From positions 192,001 through 256,000 of the forward strand of contig CAWFCQ010000005.1 in assembly GCA_963814375.1 (NCBI GenBank): a DNA stretch of 64,000 bases. Direction: 5' to 3'. Every line of letters starts with the position of its first letter. Positions within the stretch are counted from its first letter, which is position 1. Made by a program: the position numbers and the translations under genes. Positions 47,467 through 57,647 of this stretch are shown one piece after another. A model generated the notes under the pieces. The model searched no databases. It saw nothing but the letters and a program-made list of their open reading frames with translations, and was not told the origin of the DNA. Source of the stretch: an uncultured Chloroflexia bacterium (lineage in GTDB: Bacteria; Chloroflexota; Limnocylindria; QHBO01).

Positions 47467-48652
47467 GAGCCGATGTCCACCAGCCGCGACCGATGCTCCG
47501 GCAGCGCCGCGGTCGGCCGCTCGTTCGTCGCCCGCCAGAGACGGCCCTCACCGAACCGATGCCGGATCCGCTCGAGCGACCATCGCAGCTCCTCCCAGCG
47601 CCCGGCGCGTGCCTCGAAGGCGGAGAGCTGGCGCGTGGCGGGATCGGCAAGGCGATCGAACGCCAGGTGCACCGATGCGACCCGCGGCTCTTCGGGCTCT
47701 TCGGCCTCTTCCTCTGCGAGTTGCCCGAGAGCGGAGCTAACGGCCAACTTCGAGCCTCTGCCTGGCCGAGAGTTGCCCACAGCCGCAACAGGTCGCCAAG
47801 GAACCGTGCCATCTGGTCCCTTCTTGGCCGTTAGTTCCGGTGGGCGGCAACTTCGGGCGCGCGCGGCGGCCTCGAGGCGCGACAGCAGCAGCCGCGCGAT
47901 CCAGTCCGGCTCGAGGGCCGGCTGGGGGAAGGGCTGCGCCACGCGCAGCATCGGCGCATCCTCGAGGACGAGCTCGAGCGTCGCCCGCCCCGGCGCAAGG
48001 CGCCGTTCGCGCAGCCGATCGCACAGGTCGGCGGCGAGCCGCCGCAGCGTGAGGCTCACCGCGCCGATCCCGTCGAGCGGCACCTCGAACTCCTCCGCCG
48101 CCTCGATCCGCTCGGGGCGCCGGCGGGGAACGATCGGCCGAGGGTCGTGGCCGCGGGCGAGGGCCTGGAGCCGCTCCCCGACCGGGCCGAACTGGGCGCC
48201 GACCGCGGAGCGCGGCAGACCGGCCAGCTGCCGCATCTCGGTCAGGCCGAAGAGACCGAAGCGCTGTCGCGTGGCCGCATCGGCGGGCAGCAGGGCCAGC
48301 GGCAGGTCGTCCAGCTCGTCGCGCTCCAGGATGCGGAAGGCGGCCGGCGCCTCGGGGCGCTCGAAGCGCGCCAACCGGGCGGCGAGCGTCGCCAGCCAGC
48401 GGTTGTCGCCGATCCCGCAGCGCACGGGCATCGGCGCCACCGCCCGGGTCAGCATCACCGCCCGCGCCGCGACCCGGCGTTCCGGCCCCCACATCGGCTC
48501 CAGCCCGGTGACGTCGACGAGCGCCACGCCGACGTCCACCGCCTCGACCCGCGGGGAGAGGTCGTCGAGTGCGTCGAGCATCGGCTCGAAGGGCGCCGTC
48601 TCCGCGTCGGGCGCGCGCAGCTCGGGCCAGGCGAGCACCAGCAGGCGGTCAT
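47463..48652 (-). CDS. imuB: ImuB-like Y-family polymerase homolog; apparent indel just after the ATG
   Basis: SPRVE....VALVDVTGL...WG.E; CGIGDNRWLATLAAR; L.DLPLALLP; LPRSAV.AQFG. The ATG overlapping the imuA stop is 1 nt out of frame. Confidence 0.8.
47718..47853. mobile_element. 136-bp palindromic MITE-like element, copy 2 (in frame within imuB)
   Basis: 30-bp TIRs GAGTTGCCCGAGAGCGGAGCTAACGGCCAA / TTGGCCGTTAGTTCCGGTGGGCGGCAACTT; central GTTGC-N8-GCAAC. Confidence 0.82.
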
Positions 48653-49443
48653 CAGGCGCCCACCACGCGCAGCGCCGGACGCTCCTCGGCTTGCTCCACC
48701 CCGCGTGGCGTTGCCGAGGCCGCCAGCAGCGGATCAATGCGCCTCCCCTCGCCGAACCACAGGTCGAGCTCGGCCGATCCGCCGGCCAGGGCCCAGCGCT
48801 GGCGCTCCACCACCGCGCGCGTGCGCTGGCCGACGAGGTCGCGGCCGATCGCCAGCCAGGCGGACCGATGCAGCGCCACCCGCACGCTCGCCGCCGCCCC
48901 GGCCACGGCCCGCCCGGCGGGGGCAAGGACCAGCACCGAGGTGGCTCCCGAGCGGGCCAGCAGCGTGCCGAGCCGATCCAGCGCGCGACGGTCCGGCACG
49001 GCGCGCTCGCCGAGGTCGAGGACGAGCGCGTCGATGAGCTCCGAGCGGCCGAGCCACGCGGCCAGCTCGATCGCCTCCTGCGGGTCGCGCGGGCGGGCGA
49101 CGAGGAGCCAGTCGAGGCTCACCCCGAGGCGCGCGGCCACGGCCGGGTCGAGGGTCCCGTCGAGGTCGAGCCAGGCCGCAAGCCCACCCGTCGCCTGGGC
49201 TGCGGCCAGCGTCCCGAGGGCCAGGGTCGAGGCGCCGCACCCCAGCGGCCCGTCCAGGAGCGCCAGCCCGCCGCGCGGCCAGCCGCCGGTGCCGAGCGCG
49301 GCGTCGAGCGTCGGATATCCGGTGGGGACGGGGGGCCGCGCTCGCTCCGGCATCGGCTCCGGGTCGCTTCCGCGACGCAGTGTCAGGCCGCGGGCACGCA
49401 GCGTCTCGAGCGCATCGGTGAGGGCCGCATCGGTCCGGGTCAT
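48652..49443 (-). CDS. imuA: RecA-like ImuA protein
   Basis: PTGYPTLDAALGTGGWPRG; degenerate P-loop GCGAST; LDPAVAARLGV; LexA box upstream. Confidence 0.85.
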   Translation of the reverse strand: MTRTDAALTDALETLRARGLTLRRGSDPEPMPERARPPVPTGYPTLDAALGTGGWPRGGLALLDGPLGCGASTLALGTLAAAQATGGLAAWLDLDGTLDPAVAARLGVSLDWLLVARPRDPQEAIELAAWLGRSELIDALVLDLGERAVPDRRALDRLGTLLARSGATSVLVLAPAGRAVAGAAASVRVALHRSAWLAIGRDLVGQRTRAVVERQRWALAGGSAELDLWFGEGRRIDPLLAASATPRGVEQAEERPALRVVGA

Positions 49444-49456
49444 TGGACTCTCGATC

Positions 49457-49474
49457 ATAGAACAGATGTTCTAT
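49457..49474. promoter_or_regulatory. LexA (SOS) box upstream of imuA
   Basis: ATAGAACAGATGTTCTAT; minus-strand promoter TTCCCG-N17-TATGAT. Confidence 0.9.
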
Positions 49475-49508
49475 TTCGGGAAGCCCTGTTATACTCGCCG
49501 ACGCCCGT

Positions 49509-49584
49509 GGGGATGTAGCTCAGCTGGGAGAGCACCGCGTTCGCATCGCGGGGGTCAGGGGTTCGAGTCCCCTCATCTCCACCA
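49509..49584 (+). tRNA. tRNA-Ala (CGC)
   Basis: Cloverleaf with acceptor GGGGATG/CATCTCC and G3:U70; anticodon loop TT-CGC-AT; TTCGAGT T-loop; encoded CCA; TATACT -10 at 49490. Confidence 0.97.
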
Positions 49585-49608
49585 CTTTCCCTCCCCCCTT
49601 CGCGCCGC

Positions 49609-49626
49609 CGTATATACGTATATACG
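49609..49626. repeat. AT-rich perfect palindrome CGTATATACGTATATACG
   Basis: Two tandem GTATATAC octamers; self-complementary. Confidence 0.8.
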
Positions 49627-49642
49627 CGCGCTCTCGAGACCG

Positions 49643-50833
49643 TCAGGCGCCGGCGGATGCCTCCTCCGCCCCTGGCGACGATTCGATCACCCGCTCCGGC
49701 GCCGCCAGGTAGGCGGCGTGGACGGCCATGATCTGCTCGACATCGCCCACGACGCGGGCGTGGAAGTCGGCTCGGAATGCCGCATCGGTCAACGCCAGCC
49801 CCGTGAAGTAGAGCGCCGAGACACCACCCAGCAGCGCGGCCGTGATGAGCAGCTCCACCGACACCAGCCGCGGCTCGCCGAGGAGCTCGAACCCGACGAA
49901 GGGGCGTACCGGCTCCCCGACCCACATCTCCTGGACCGATGCGGGAATCGCCAGCACCCCAAGCGCGACGAGGAAGAGGAGCACCAGCAGCGCCACGAAC
50001 AGGGACTGGACGAGCTGGCTGATGAGCATGAGGAGGACGAGGTTCAGCCGCTCCTGCCACGCGAGGCGCCGCGGAAGCGGCGCATCGGTCCGGATCACGT
50101 CATCCATCAAGGGCTCGGCCGGGGTTCCGGGCAGGAGAGCCAGGATGGCGGCCCAGTCGCGCTTCTCCTCGATCTCGCGCACCTCCGACCTGGCGCTCGT
50201 GACGACCAGGACCGTCGCCACCAGCATGAGGAGCCCGATGACCGCGGCGAGATCGGCACCGCCGAGGGTGTGCGCGGCCTGCCACAGCTCGGAGGCGAAG
50301 AGCAGGAAGACGACGAGGATGAGGAGCACCGGCAGGGTCCGGGCGACGAGCGTCGCGATCTGGCTCAGCTGCGCGCGCAGGTGACGCACCGCCCAGGCGG
50401 CGAGCTCGAGAAGGCCGAAGCCGGTCACGAGGTAGATGATTCCGACGCCGATGAGCACCGAGCCGGCGAAACCGATGACGGCGATCGGCGAGCGGTGGAT
50501 CACCGCGGCGGCCGCACCGGGCACCAGCCCGATCATGGCGACGTCGATGAGGTCGAGGCGTCCCGGTCCGAACGGCGGATGCCGGCGCAGGAGGAGGAAG
50601 GCGCCGAGCACGGCGAACGAGGCGATGATCGCGATGGCCATCGCCGCCGCGTTATCGGCGAGCGACGCCTCCGGGCGACGGCCCCACAGCAAAATCGTCC
50701 CGAGCACGATCCAGGCGGCGATGAAGGGAATCGCCCGCTGATCCATGCGCTGCTCGGTGCTGAACCCCTCGATCAGCTGCGGCACGCCGCGGCCGGCCAA
50801 CCAGCGCTCGATCTCCCGTCGCCGTTCGCGCAT
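49643..50833 (-). CDS. Hypothetical integral membrane protein
   Basis: Multi-TM; ERWL..RGVP and RTLP.LL...FL.F..E.WQ; start taken at MRERR. Confidence 0.75.
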   Translation of the reverse strand: MRERRREIERWLAGRGVPQLIEGFSTEQRMDQRAIPFIAAWIVLGTILLWGRRPEASLADNAAAMAIAIIASFAVLGAFLLLRRHPPFGPGRLDLIDVAMIGLVPGAAAAVIHRSPIAVIGFAGSVLIGVGIIYLVTGFGLLELAAWAVRHLRAQLSQIATLVARTLPVLLILVVFLLFASELWQAAHTLGGADLAAVIGLLMLVATVLVVTSARSEVREIEEKRDWAAILALLPGTPAEPLMDDVIRTDAPLPRRLAWQERLNLVLLMLISQLVQSLFVALLVLLFLVALGVLAIPASVQEMWVGEPVRPFVGFELLGEPRLVSVELLITAALLGGVSALYFTGLALTDAAFRADFHARVVGDVEQIMAVHAAYLAAPERVIESSPGAEEASAGA

Positions 50834-50961
50834 CGCGACCGATTGTGCACCGGCGCCATGCCGATTCGCCCGGCACTCCGACGCCGCCCACGGCATGATG
50901 TGCGTCGCACCGACGAGCTGGCCCGAGCGGCTCGATGCCATCAGAGGGAGGATGCAACCCC

Positions 50962-52107
50962 ATGTTCGACCTACGACGCTCGTTGATCGGCGTCGCCGTG
51001 CTCGCGTTCGTGGTCACCGCCTGCGGCGACCAGGCGCCGAGCTCCGAGGCTCCCGCCGCCAGCCCTGGCGGGAGCGCCGAGGAGAGCGCGGCACCGACCG
51101 AGAGCACCCCGGCCGCCTCCGAGGCCCCGCCGGCTGCCGGTGACAGCCGCTTGGCCGCCGTCCAGGAGCGCGGCAACCTCATCTGCGGCGTGAACGGCTC
51201 GCTGGCCGGCTTCAGCTTCCTCGACGAGGACGGCAACACCGTCGGCTTCGACGCCGACTTCTGCCGCGCCGTGGCGGCGGCCGTGCTCGGCGACCCGGAG
51301 GCGGTCGAGTATCGCGCCCTCTCGACCGACCAGCGCGGCCCGGCCCTCCAGACCGGCGAGGTGGATGTTCTCATCCGCAACACGACCTGGACCGTCAGCC
51401 GCGACACGACGTGGGGCCTCTTCGCGCCCACCACCTTCTACGACGGCCAGGCGATCATGGTGAACTCGACCGCGGTCGACGCGGCCACCATCGAGGACCT
51501 CGCCGGCGCCACGATCTGCGTCCAGACCGGCACGACCACCGAGCTGAACCTGGCCGATACGTTCGGCGCGGCCGGCATCGACTTCGAGCCGCTTCCGTTC
51601 GCGGAGATCGACCCGACCTATGCCGCCTACGAGGAGGGCCGATGCGACGCGGTCACCAGCGACCGTTCGCAGCTGGTCTCGCGCCGGACGGCGTTCGCCA
51701 CCCCGGATGACCACGTCATCCTCGATGAGGTGCTCTCAAAGGAGCCGCTCGGACCGGTCGCGCCGCTCGGCGACGACCAGTGGTTCAACATCGTGAGGTG
51801 GGTCGTCTTCGCGACCATCGAGGCCGAGGAGCAGGGCATCACGTCCGCGAACGCGGCCGAGATGGCCGAGACGAGCACCGACCCGGTCGTCCAGCGGCTG
51901 CTGGGCGTGACTCCCGAAGGGGCCGAGGCCTTCGACGATGGCCTAGGCCTCGAGCCGGACTGGGTGCTCACGATGATCACCGCCGTCGGCAACTACGGCG
52001 AGATCTACGAGCGCAACCTCGGCCCGGGCACCCCGTTCGAGCTCGAGCGCGGGCTGAACGAGCTGTGGACCAACGGCGGGCTCCTGTACGCGCCGCCGTA
52101 CCGCTAG
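50962..52107 (+). CDS. aapJ: General L-amino acid ABC transporter substrate-binding lipoprotein (AapJ/BztA type)
   Basis: Lipobox VTAC; RNTTWT.SRD, SKEPLGP, VGNYGEIYERNLG, GGLLYAPP. Confidence 0.9.
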   Translation: MFDLRRSLIGVAVLAFVVTACGDQAPSSEAPAASPGGSAEESAAPTESTPAASEAPPAAGDSRLAAVQERGNLICGVNGSLAGFSFLDEDGNTVGFDADFCRAVAAAVLGDPEAVEYRALSTDQRGPALQTGEVDVLIRNTTWTVSRDTTWGLFAPTTFYDGQAIMVNSTAVDAATIEDLAGATICVQTGTTTELNLADTFGAAGIDFEPLPFAEIDPTYAAYEEGRCDAVTSDRSQLVSRRTAFATPDDHVILDEVLSKEPLGPVAPLGDDQWFNIVRWVVFATIEAEEQGITSANAAEMAETSTDPVVQRLLGVTPEGAEAFDDGLGLEPDWVLTMITAVGNYGEIYERNLGPGTPFELERGLNELWTNGGLLYAPPYR

Positions 52108-52124
52108 GCCGATCTGGAGCCTGA

Positions 52125-52156
52125 GCCTCGGGGCCGGCACGAGCCGGCTCCGGGGC
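52125..52156 (+). terminator. Intercistronic hairpin after the binding-protein gene
   Basis: GCCTCGGGGCCGGC-ACGA-GCCGGCTCCGGGGC. Confidence 0.55.
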
Positions 52157-52176
52157 CACGCACCCCGACGGAACCG

Positions 52177-53364
52177 ATGACCAGCGCCGCCGGCGCGCCG
52201 GCCGAGGCCGGGACGCCGCTGTGGCGCGACGTCCGCGCCCTGCGCGTCGCGGCCCAGGTGGCGGTGATCCTCGGCGTCGGGCTGCTCGTCGCCTGGATGG
52301 CGAGCAACATGCTGGCCGCCATGGACGAGCGAGGGCTCGGCTTCGGCTTCAGCTTCCTGAACCGGCAGGCCGGTTTCGAGATCAGCGAGAGCCCGATCCC
52401 CTATTCGTCGACCGCGACGTACGGGACCGCCTTCCTCGTCGGCCTCTTCAACACGTTGTTCGTCAGCATCGTCGGGATCATCCTGGCGACGCTGCTCGGG
52501 ATCGTCGTCGGCGTCGCGCGGCTCTCGCCGAACTGGCTCGTCAGGCGCACCGCGTCCGGCTACGTCGAGCTGATGCGCAACACGCCGCTGCTCGTCCAGC
52601 TGTTCATCATCTACTTCGTCGTCTTCATCCAGCTGCCGTCGGTGGCCGAGTCGCTGGCCATCGGCCAGGGAGTCTTCCTCAACCAGCGCGGCCTCTTCGT
52701 GCCCGGTCCGCAGGTCGCGAGCGGCATCGGCCTCTGGCTCGCCTTCGGGGTGGCGGGCGTCGTCGCCCTCATCGGCGCACGCGCGTTCGCCGCACGACGC
52801 GAGGAGGCCGGCCACCCGATCCATGGCCTCAGAGCCGCCGGGTGGGTCGCGCTCATCGCCTTTCCGGTGCTCGGCTGGTTCGTCGCCGGCGGAGCGCCGC
52901 TGACGTTCGATCTCCCGGTGCGGGAGCGGTTCAACTTCGTGGGCGGCCTGCGGCTGTCGCCGGAGTTCACGGCTCTCCTCACCGGACTCGTGCTGTACAC
53001 CGCGGCCTTCATCGGCGAGGTGGTGCGCGGCGGGATCCAGTCGGTGCGGCGCGGGCAGCTCGAGGCGGCGCGCGCGCTCGGCCTGTCCGAGGGCCAGGTG
53101 CTCAGGCTCGTGATCTTCCCGCAGGCGATGCGCGTGATCGTTCCTCCGCTGACGAGCCAGTACCTGAACCTGGTGAAGAACTCGAGCCTGGCCATCGCCA
53201 TCGGCTATCCCGACCTGTTCAAGGTTGGCCAGACGATGGCGAACCAGACCGGCCAGCCGGTGTCGGTGATGATCCTGGTGATGAGCACCTACCTCGCGAT
53301 CAGCCTCGCCACCAGCGCGCTCATGAACCTCTACAACCGCCGCATCCAGGTGCTCGAGCGATGA
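52177..53364 (+). CDS. aapQ: Amino acid ABC permease (AapQ type)
   Basis: [40 protein letters not shown]. Confidence 0.9.
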   Translation: MTSAAGAPAEAGTPLWRDVRALRVAAQVAVILGVGLLVAWMASNMLAAMDERGLGFGFSFLNRQAGFEISESPIPYSSTATYGTAFLVGLFNTLFVSIVGIILATLLGIVVGVARLSPNWLVRRTASGYVELMRNTPLLVQLFIIYFVVFIQLPSVAESLAIGQGVFLNQRGLFVPGPQVASGIGLWLAFGVAGVVALIGARAFAARREEAGHPIHGLRAAGWVALIAFPVLGWFVAGGAPLTFDLPVRERFNFVGGLRLSPEFTALLTGLVLYTAAFIGEVVRGGIQSVRRGQLEAARALGLSEGQVLRLVIFPQAMRVIVPPLTSQYLNLVKNSSLAIAIGYPDLFKVGQTMANQTGQPVSVMILVMSTYLAISLATSALMNLYNRRIQVLER

Positions 53365-54558
53365 CGGCAGAGACGCTCCCGCCGCCGCGCACCGTCGTCG
53401 GGCCGATGGCGTGGCTGCGCCAGAACCTCTTCTCGGGCTGGGCCAGCAGCCTCATCACCGTCGTCCTCGGCGTGACGATCGCCTGGGTCACGATTCAGGT
53501 GGCCGGATGGGCGGTGACCGATGCCCGGTGGGAGGTCGTCACCGACAACCTGCGGCTCTTCCTCATCGGCCAGTACCCGGCTGACCAGGCGTGGCGCATC
53601 CTGGCGGCCCTGACCCTGCTGTCGGTCCTTGCCGGGCTGTCGGCGGGAACCTTCGGCCGCGCCTCGCGGATGCTGGCGATCACGCTGTCGGTCGTCCAGG
53701 CGATGCTGGCGGCGCTCATGCTGGCCTCGCCGATCGGCCTCGTGGCGGTTGGGGCCATGGCCGCGAACGCCGCCCTCGTGTGGATCGGCTTCGTCGTCGG
53801 CCTGCGGAGGTGGATCCCGCGGCGCGCACTCGTCATCGCCTGGGCTGATCTCACTGCCGGTCAGCTACCTGCTTCTGGCCGGCTTCGGCGCCGGCACGCT
53901 CCTGCCATCGGTCTCGTCGAACGCCTGGGGCGGGCTGCTGCTGACGGTGCTTTTGGCGACGGTCGGGATCATCCTCTCGTTCCCGCTCGGCGTGCTCCTC
54001 GCGCTCGGACGGCGCAGCCGGCTGCCCGTGGTGCGCGGGCTATCGACCGGCTACATCGAGATCATCCGCGGCGTCCCGCTCGTGACGATCCTGTTCATGG
54101 CCGACATCATCCTGCCGCTCTTCCTGCCCGGCGAATGGCGGCTCGATCGCGTGGCGCGCGCGATGGGCGGCATCACCCTCTTCTCGGCGGCGTATGTGGC
54201 CGAAAACGTCCGCGGCGGCCTCCAGGCCATCCCGACCGGCCAGATCGAGGCGGCGCAGGCCCTCGGCCTGTCGGGCATCAAGACGAACCTCTACATCGTC
54301 CTGCCGCAGGCGCTGCGATCGGTCATCCCAGCCAACGTCGGCCTCTTCATCAGCCTGCTCAAGGACACGACCCTAGTCACGATCATCGGCCTCCTGGAGC
54401 TGCTCGGCATCGGCCGTGCGGTTCTCGCCCAGCCGGATTCGTTCGGCGCCAACATGGAGGTCTACGCCTTCGTCGCCGCCGTCTTCTTCGTCCTCTGCTA
54501 TGCCATGTCGCAGGCGAGCTACCGGCTCGAGCGTGCGCTCGGCGTCGGAACCCGCTGA
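53361..54558 (+). CDS. aapM: Amino acid ABC permease (AapM type); apparent frameshift near 53845
   Basis: WLRQNLFS, then [36 protein letters not shown] and KDTTLV in the second frame. Confidence 0.88.
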
Positions 54559-54572
54559 TGGAGCGCTCAACC

Positions 54573-55355
54573 ATGGACCAGAACCAGACCGATGCGGCGG
54601 CTGCCGCCACCGAGCCCGCCGAGGGAATCATCGTCGCGCGCGACGTGCACAAGTGGTTCGGCCAGCTCCACGTGCTGCGCGGGATTGACCTCGTCGTCGC
54701 ACCCGGCGAGGTCGTCGTCATCTTCGGCGCATCGGGCTCGGGCAAGTCGACCTTCATCCGCACGATCAACCGGCTCGAGGAGCACCAGCGCGGCGAGATC
54801 ATCGTCGACGGCATCCGGCTGACGAACGACGTCCGCAACATCGGCGCGATCCGCAGCGAGATCGGGATGGTATTCCAGTCGTTCAACCTGTTCCCGCACC
54901 TGACTGCGCTCCAGAACGTGACCCTGGCGCCCATGAAGGTGCGCGGCTACCCGCGAGCTGAAGCCGATGCCGTTGGCATGCAGCTGCTCGAGCGGGTCGG
55001 GATCCCGGAGCAGGCGCACAAGTACCCCGCCCAGCTGTCAGGTGGCCAGCAGCAGCGGGTCGCCATCGCCCGCGCCCTGGCCATGAACCCCAAGATCATG
55101 CTGTTCGACGAGCCGACGTCGGCCCTCGACCCCGAGATGATCAGCGAGGTGCTCGACGTCATGCAGTCACTCGCCCGCGACGCCGGGATGACGATGATCT
55201 GTGTCACCCACGAGATGGGCTTCGCCCGCGCCGTCGCCGACCGGCTGGTCTTCTTCGACCACGGCCAGATCGTCGAACAGGGCCCGCCCGCCCAGATCTT
55301 CGAGTCCCCGCAGCACGAGCGCACCCGCCGCTTCCTATCCCAGATCCTGCACTGA
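54573..55355 (+). CDS. aapP: Amino acid ABC ATP-binding protein
   Basis: [43 protein letters not shown]. Confidence 0.92.
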   Translation: MDQNQTDAAAAATEPAEGIIVARDVHKWFGQLHVLRGIDLVVAPGEVVVIFGASGSGKSTFIRTINRLEEHQRGEIIVDGIRLTNDVRNIGAIRSEIGMVFQSFNLFPHLTALQNVTLAPMKVRGYPRAEADAVGMQLLERVGIPEQAHKYPAQLSGGQQQRVAIARALAMNPKIMLFDEPTSALDPEMISEVLDVMQSLARDAGMTMICVTHEMGFARAVADRLVFFDHGQIVEQGPPAQIFESPQHERTRRFLSQILH

Positions 55356-55388
55356 CCTCGGTCAGCTGCCACGGTGTACCGTGGCCGC

Positions 55389-55832
55389 ATGAAACGTGTC
55401 GAGGGCGGTGCGCGGATCGAGGCGCCGCCCGACGAGGTCTTCGCCTACCTCGCCGATCTCGACAACCTGGCCGAGTGGCAGACCGGCATCGTGACCGCAG
55501 AGCTGACCTCGCCCGGCGAGCCGACCGTCGGCACCACCGCCCGCGTCGTGCGCGAGCTGATGGGCAACCAGATCGAGGCGCCGCTGACGATCACCGCCTA
55601 CGACCCACCACGACGCCTCGCCATCACGTCCGAGGTATCCGGCGTGAATGCGGTCGCCGAGCTGGACCTGGCCGATGCAGGCGACGCCACCGACCTCGCC
55701 TTCGCGATGGAGATCCGCGGCTCGATGCTCACGAAGTTCATGGAGCCGATGATCGCCGGCGCTGCCAAGGGCGAGGTCGACGCGAGCCTGGCCCGCATCC
55801 AGGCTCGCTTCTCGCCATCACCTGCGGCCTGA
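55389..55832 (+). CDS. SRPBCC (START-like) family protein
   Basis: I.APPDEVFAYLADLDNLAEW. Confidence 0.85.
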   Translation: MKRVEGGARIEAPPDEVFAYLADLDNLAEWQTGIVTAELTSPGEPTVGTTARVVRELMGNQIEAPLTITAYDPPRRLAITSEVSGVNAVAELDLADAGDATDLAFAMEIRGSMLTKFMEPMIAGAAKGEVDASLARIQARFSPSPAA

Positions 55833-55848
55833 GCCACCCGCGGGACTA

Positions 55849-56806
55849 ATGCGCGCCTTCGTCACCGGCGGCGGCGGGTTCATCGGCCGCCATCTCGTCA
55901 GCCGCCTGCGCGGATCCGGCGCCGAAGTGCGCGCCATCGCCCGCAGCCAGCGCTCGGCCGGCAGCCTGTCCCGGGCCGGCTGCGAGGTCGTCGTCGCCGA
56001 CATCCTCGACGCCGATGCGCTTCGTCGCGCCATCGACGGCTGCGAGATCGCCTTCCACCTCGCCGGCGACTACCGGGTCGGCATCCGCGCTGAAGATCGG
56101 CCGGCGATGGAGGCCGCCAACGTCACCGCCACCGAGCGCCTGCTCGATGCGGCGACCAATGCCGGCGTCGCGCGCATCGTCCACGTCTCGACCATTAACG
56201 CCTTCGGCGACACCGGCTACCGGGTCGTCGACGAGGCCTACGAGCGACCGCGTCCGTATCGGTACGTCAGCTACTACGACGAGACGAAGCACCGCGCACA
56301 TCTCCTGGCGCACGAGCGGATCTCGGCCGGCGCGCCGATCCTCATCGCCCAGCCGGGCGGGGTCTACGGTCCGGGCGACCACTCCAGCCTTGGCGGCGTT
56401 CTGCGCGACGCGGCCGACCGGCAAGCTGCGCGCGCTCACCTTCGGCGACCTTGGCATGAACATGGCCCACGTCGAGGACATCGCCGAGGGGATCGCGCTG
56501 GTCGGCGAGCGCGGGACGCCGGGTCGGGCCTACGTCCTGGGTGGCGAGCTCACGACGATGGTCGAGCTGGTGCGGCGGGTAGCCGCCATCGCAGGTCACC
56601 GCCCACCGCGTCTCAGCACGCCGACCTGGGCATTGCGGGCGGCGGCGCCGCTCGTGAGGCGCATCGGTCCAGATCTGCGGGAACTGGTGAGCGCCAGCGC
56701 CGGCGTGACGTATTGGGCCACCGATGCCAAGGCGCGCGCGGAACTGGCCTACGCGCCGCGCGACCTCGAGGCGGGGCTGACCGAGGTGTTCGGCGCGCGA
56801 TCGTAG
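55849..56806 (+). CDS. NAD-dependent epimerase/dehydratase; apparent frameshift near 56415
   Basis: VTGGGGFIG, HLAG, YDETK (YxxxK), VYGPGD; second frame HVEDIAEG..G..YVLGG. Confidence 0.85.
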
Positions 56807-57456
56807 ACGCCAATGTGCCAGAGGCCGATCCGGTCGCTGGCGGCCGGCCGGAACCCGGCGTCGGCGAGGCGCCGCTCGATCCGCCGCAGGTCGTGGACGT
56901 AGCCCCGGCACCCGCCCCACAGACGGTCCCAGGCGAACTCAATGGCCCACAGCGGCCGGTTGACGAAGCCGCGCCAGCCGCGCGACTCGGGCACGGTGAT
57001 CGCGATCCGCTCGCCGGCGGTCTCGATCGCTCGCGCGACCAGGCGGTCGACATCACCGAAGCAGCAGATCACGCGGTCCATCACGACCCAGTCGTGAGGT
57101 TGCGCTTCGACATCGGCGGCATTGCCAACCTCGAAGGTCGATGCATCGGCGAACCCGGTGGCCTCGGCGCGGCGATTCGCCACCTCGATGCTGGCCGGCG
57201 AAAGGTCGATGCCGGTGGCCTGCCTGGCGCCCATCTCGAGCAGGGCGATGCTGAGAGCGCCGGTGCCGCACCCGAACTCGAGGACGGTCGGACGCCGCGT
57301 CGGAGCGTCTCGAAGCAGGTCGAGCATCGCCGCGCTCACATCGACGAGGTCGGGGAACTCATCGACATCGGCCCAGTCGGCGGCATGCGCGTCGAACTGG
57401 CGCGCGATCCGCGGGTCCGCGGGCGCGCAGCAATCAGGCGGCTCCTGGCTATCCAT
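56749..57456 (-). CDS. Class I SAM-dependent methyltransferase
   Basis: VLEFGCGTG, GIDLS, DRVICCF; leaderless TATGCT-N7-ATG. Confidence 0.85.
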   Translation of the reverse strand: MDSQEPPDCCAPADPRIARQFDAHAADWADVDEFPDLVDVSAAMLDLLRDAPTRRPTVLEFGCGTGALSIALLEMGARQATGIDLSPASIEVANRRAEATGFADASTFEVGNAADVEAQPHDWVVMDRVICCFGDVDRLVARAIETAGERIAITVPESRGWRGFVNRPLWAIEFAWDRLWGGCRGYVHDLRRIERRLADAGFRPAASDRIGLWHIGVYDRAPNTSVSPASRSRGA

Positions 57457-57496
57457 CCCGTCCAGCATATGGAGTGTCGCGACGCATCGCGACCGA

Positions 57497-57636
57497 TTCA
57501 CCAGAGCCGTACTGGGGGTTGCGTTCTCGCGATCTATCGCGGACTGGTGAGCCTGAGCGGCACCCGGAGGTGCGCCTTGTGCTGCGGAGCCCACGATCTT
57601 TCGCGGGAACGCAACCCCAACGCGCCCTCCGGTGAA
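57497..57636. mobile_element. 140-bp intergenic palindromic MITE/REP-like element
   Basis: About 46-bp imperfect TIRs TTCACCAGAG..GGGGTTGCGTTCTCGCGA / TCGCGGGAACGCAACCCC..CTCCGGTGAA. Confidence 0.75.
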
Positions 57637-57647
57637 CCAACCACGAT

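Noticed and set aside
52221-55355. 1044-aa permease-ATPase fusion
   Set aside because: Artefact of the aapM frameshift and stop-poor high-GC frames.
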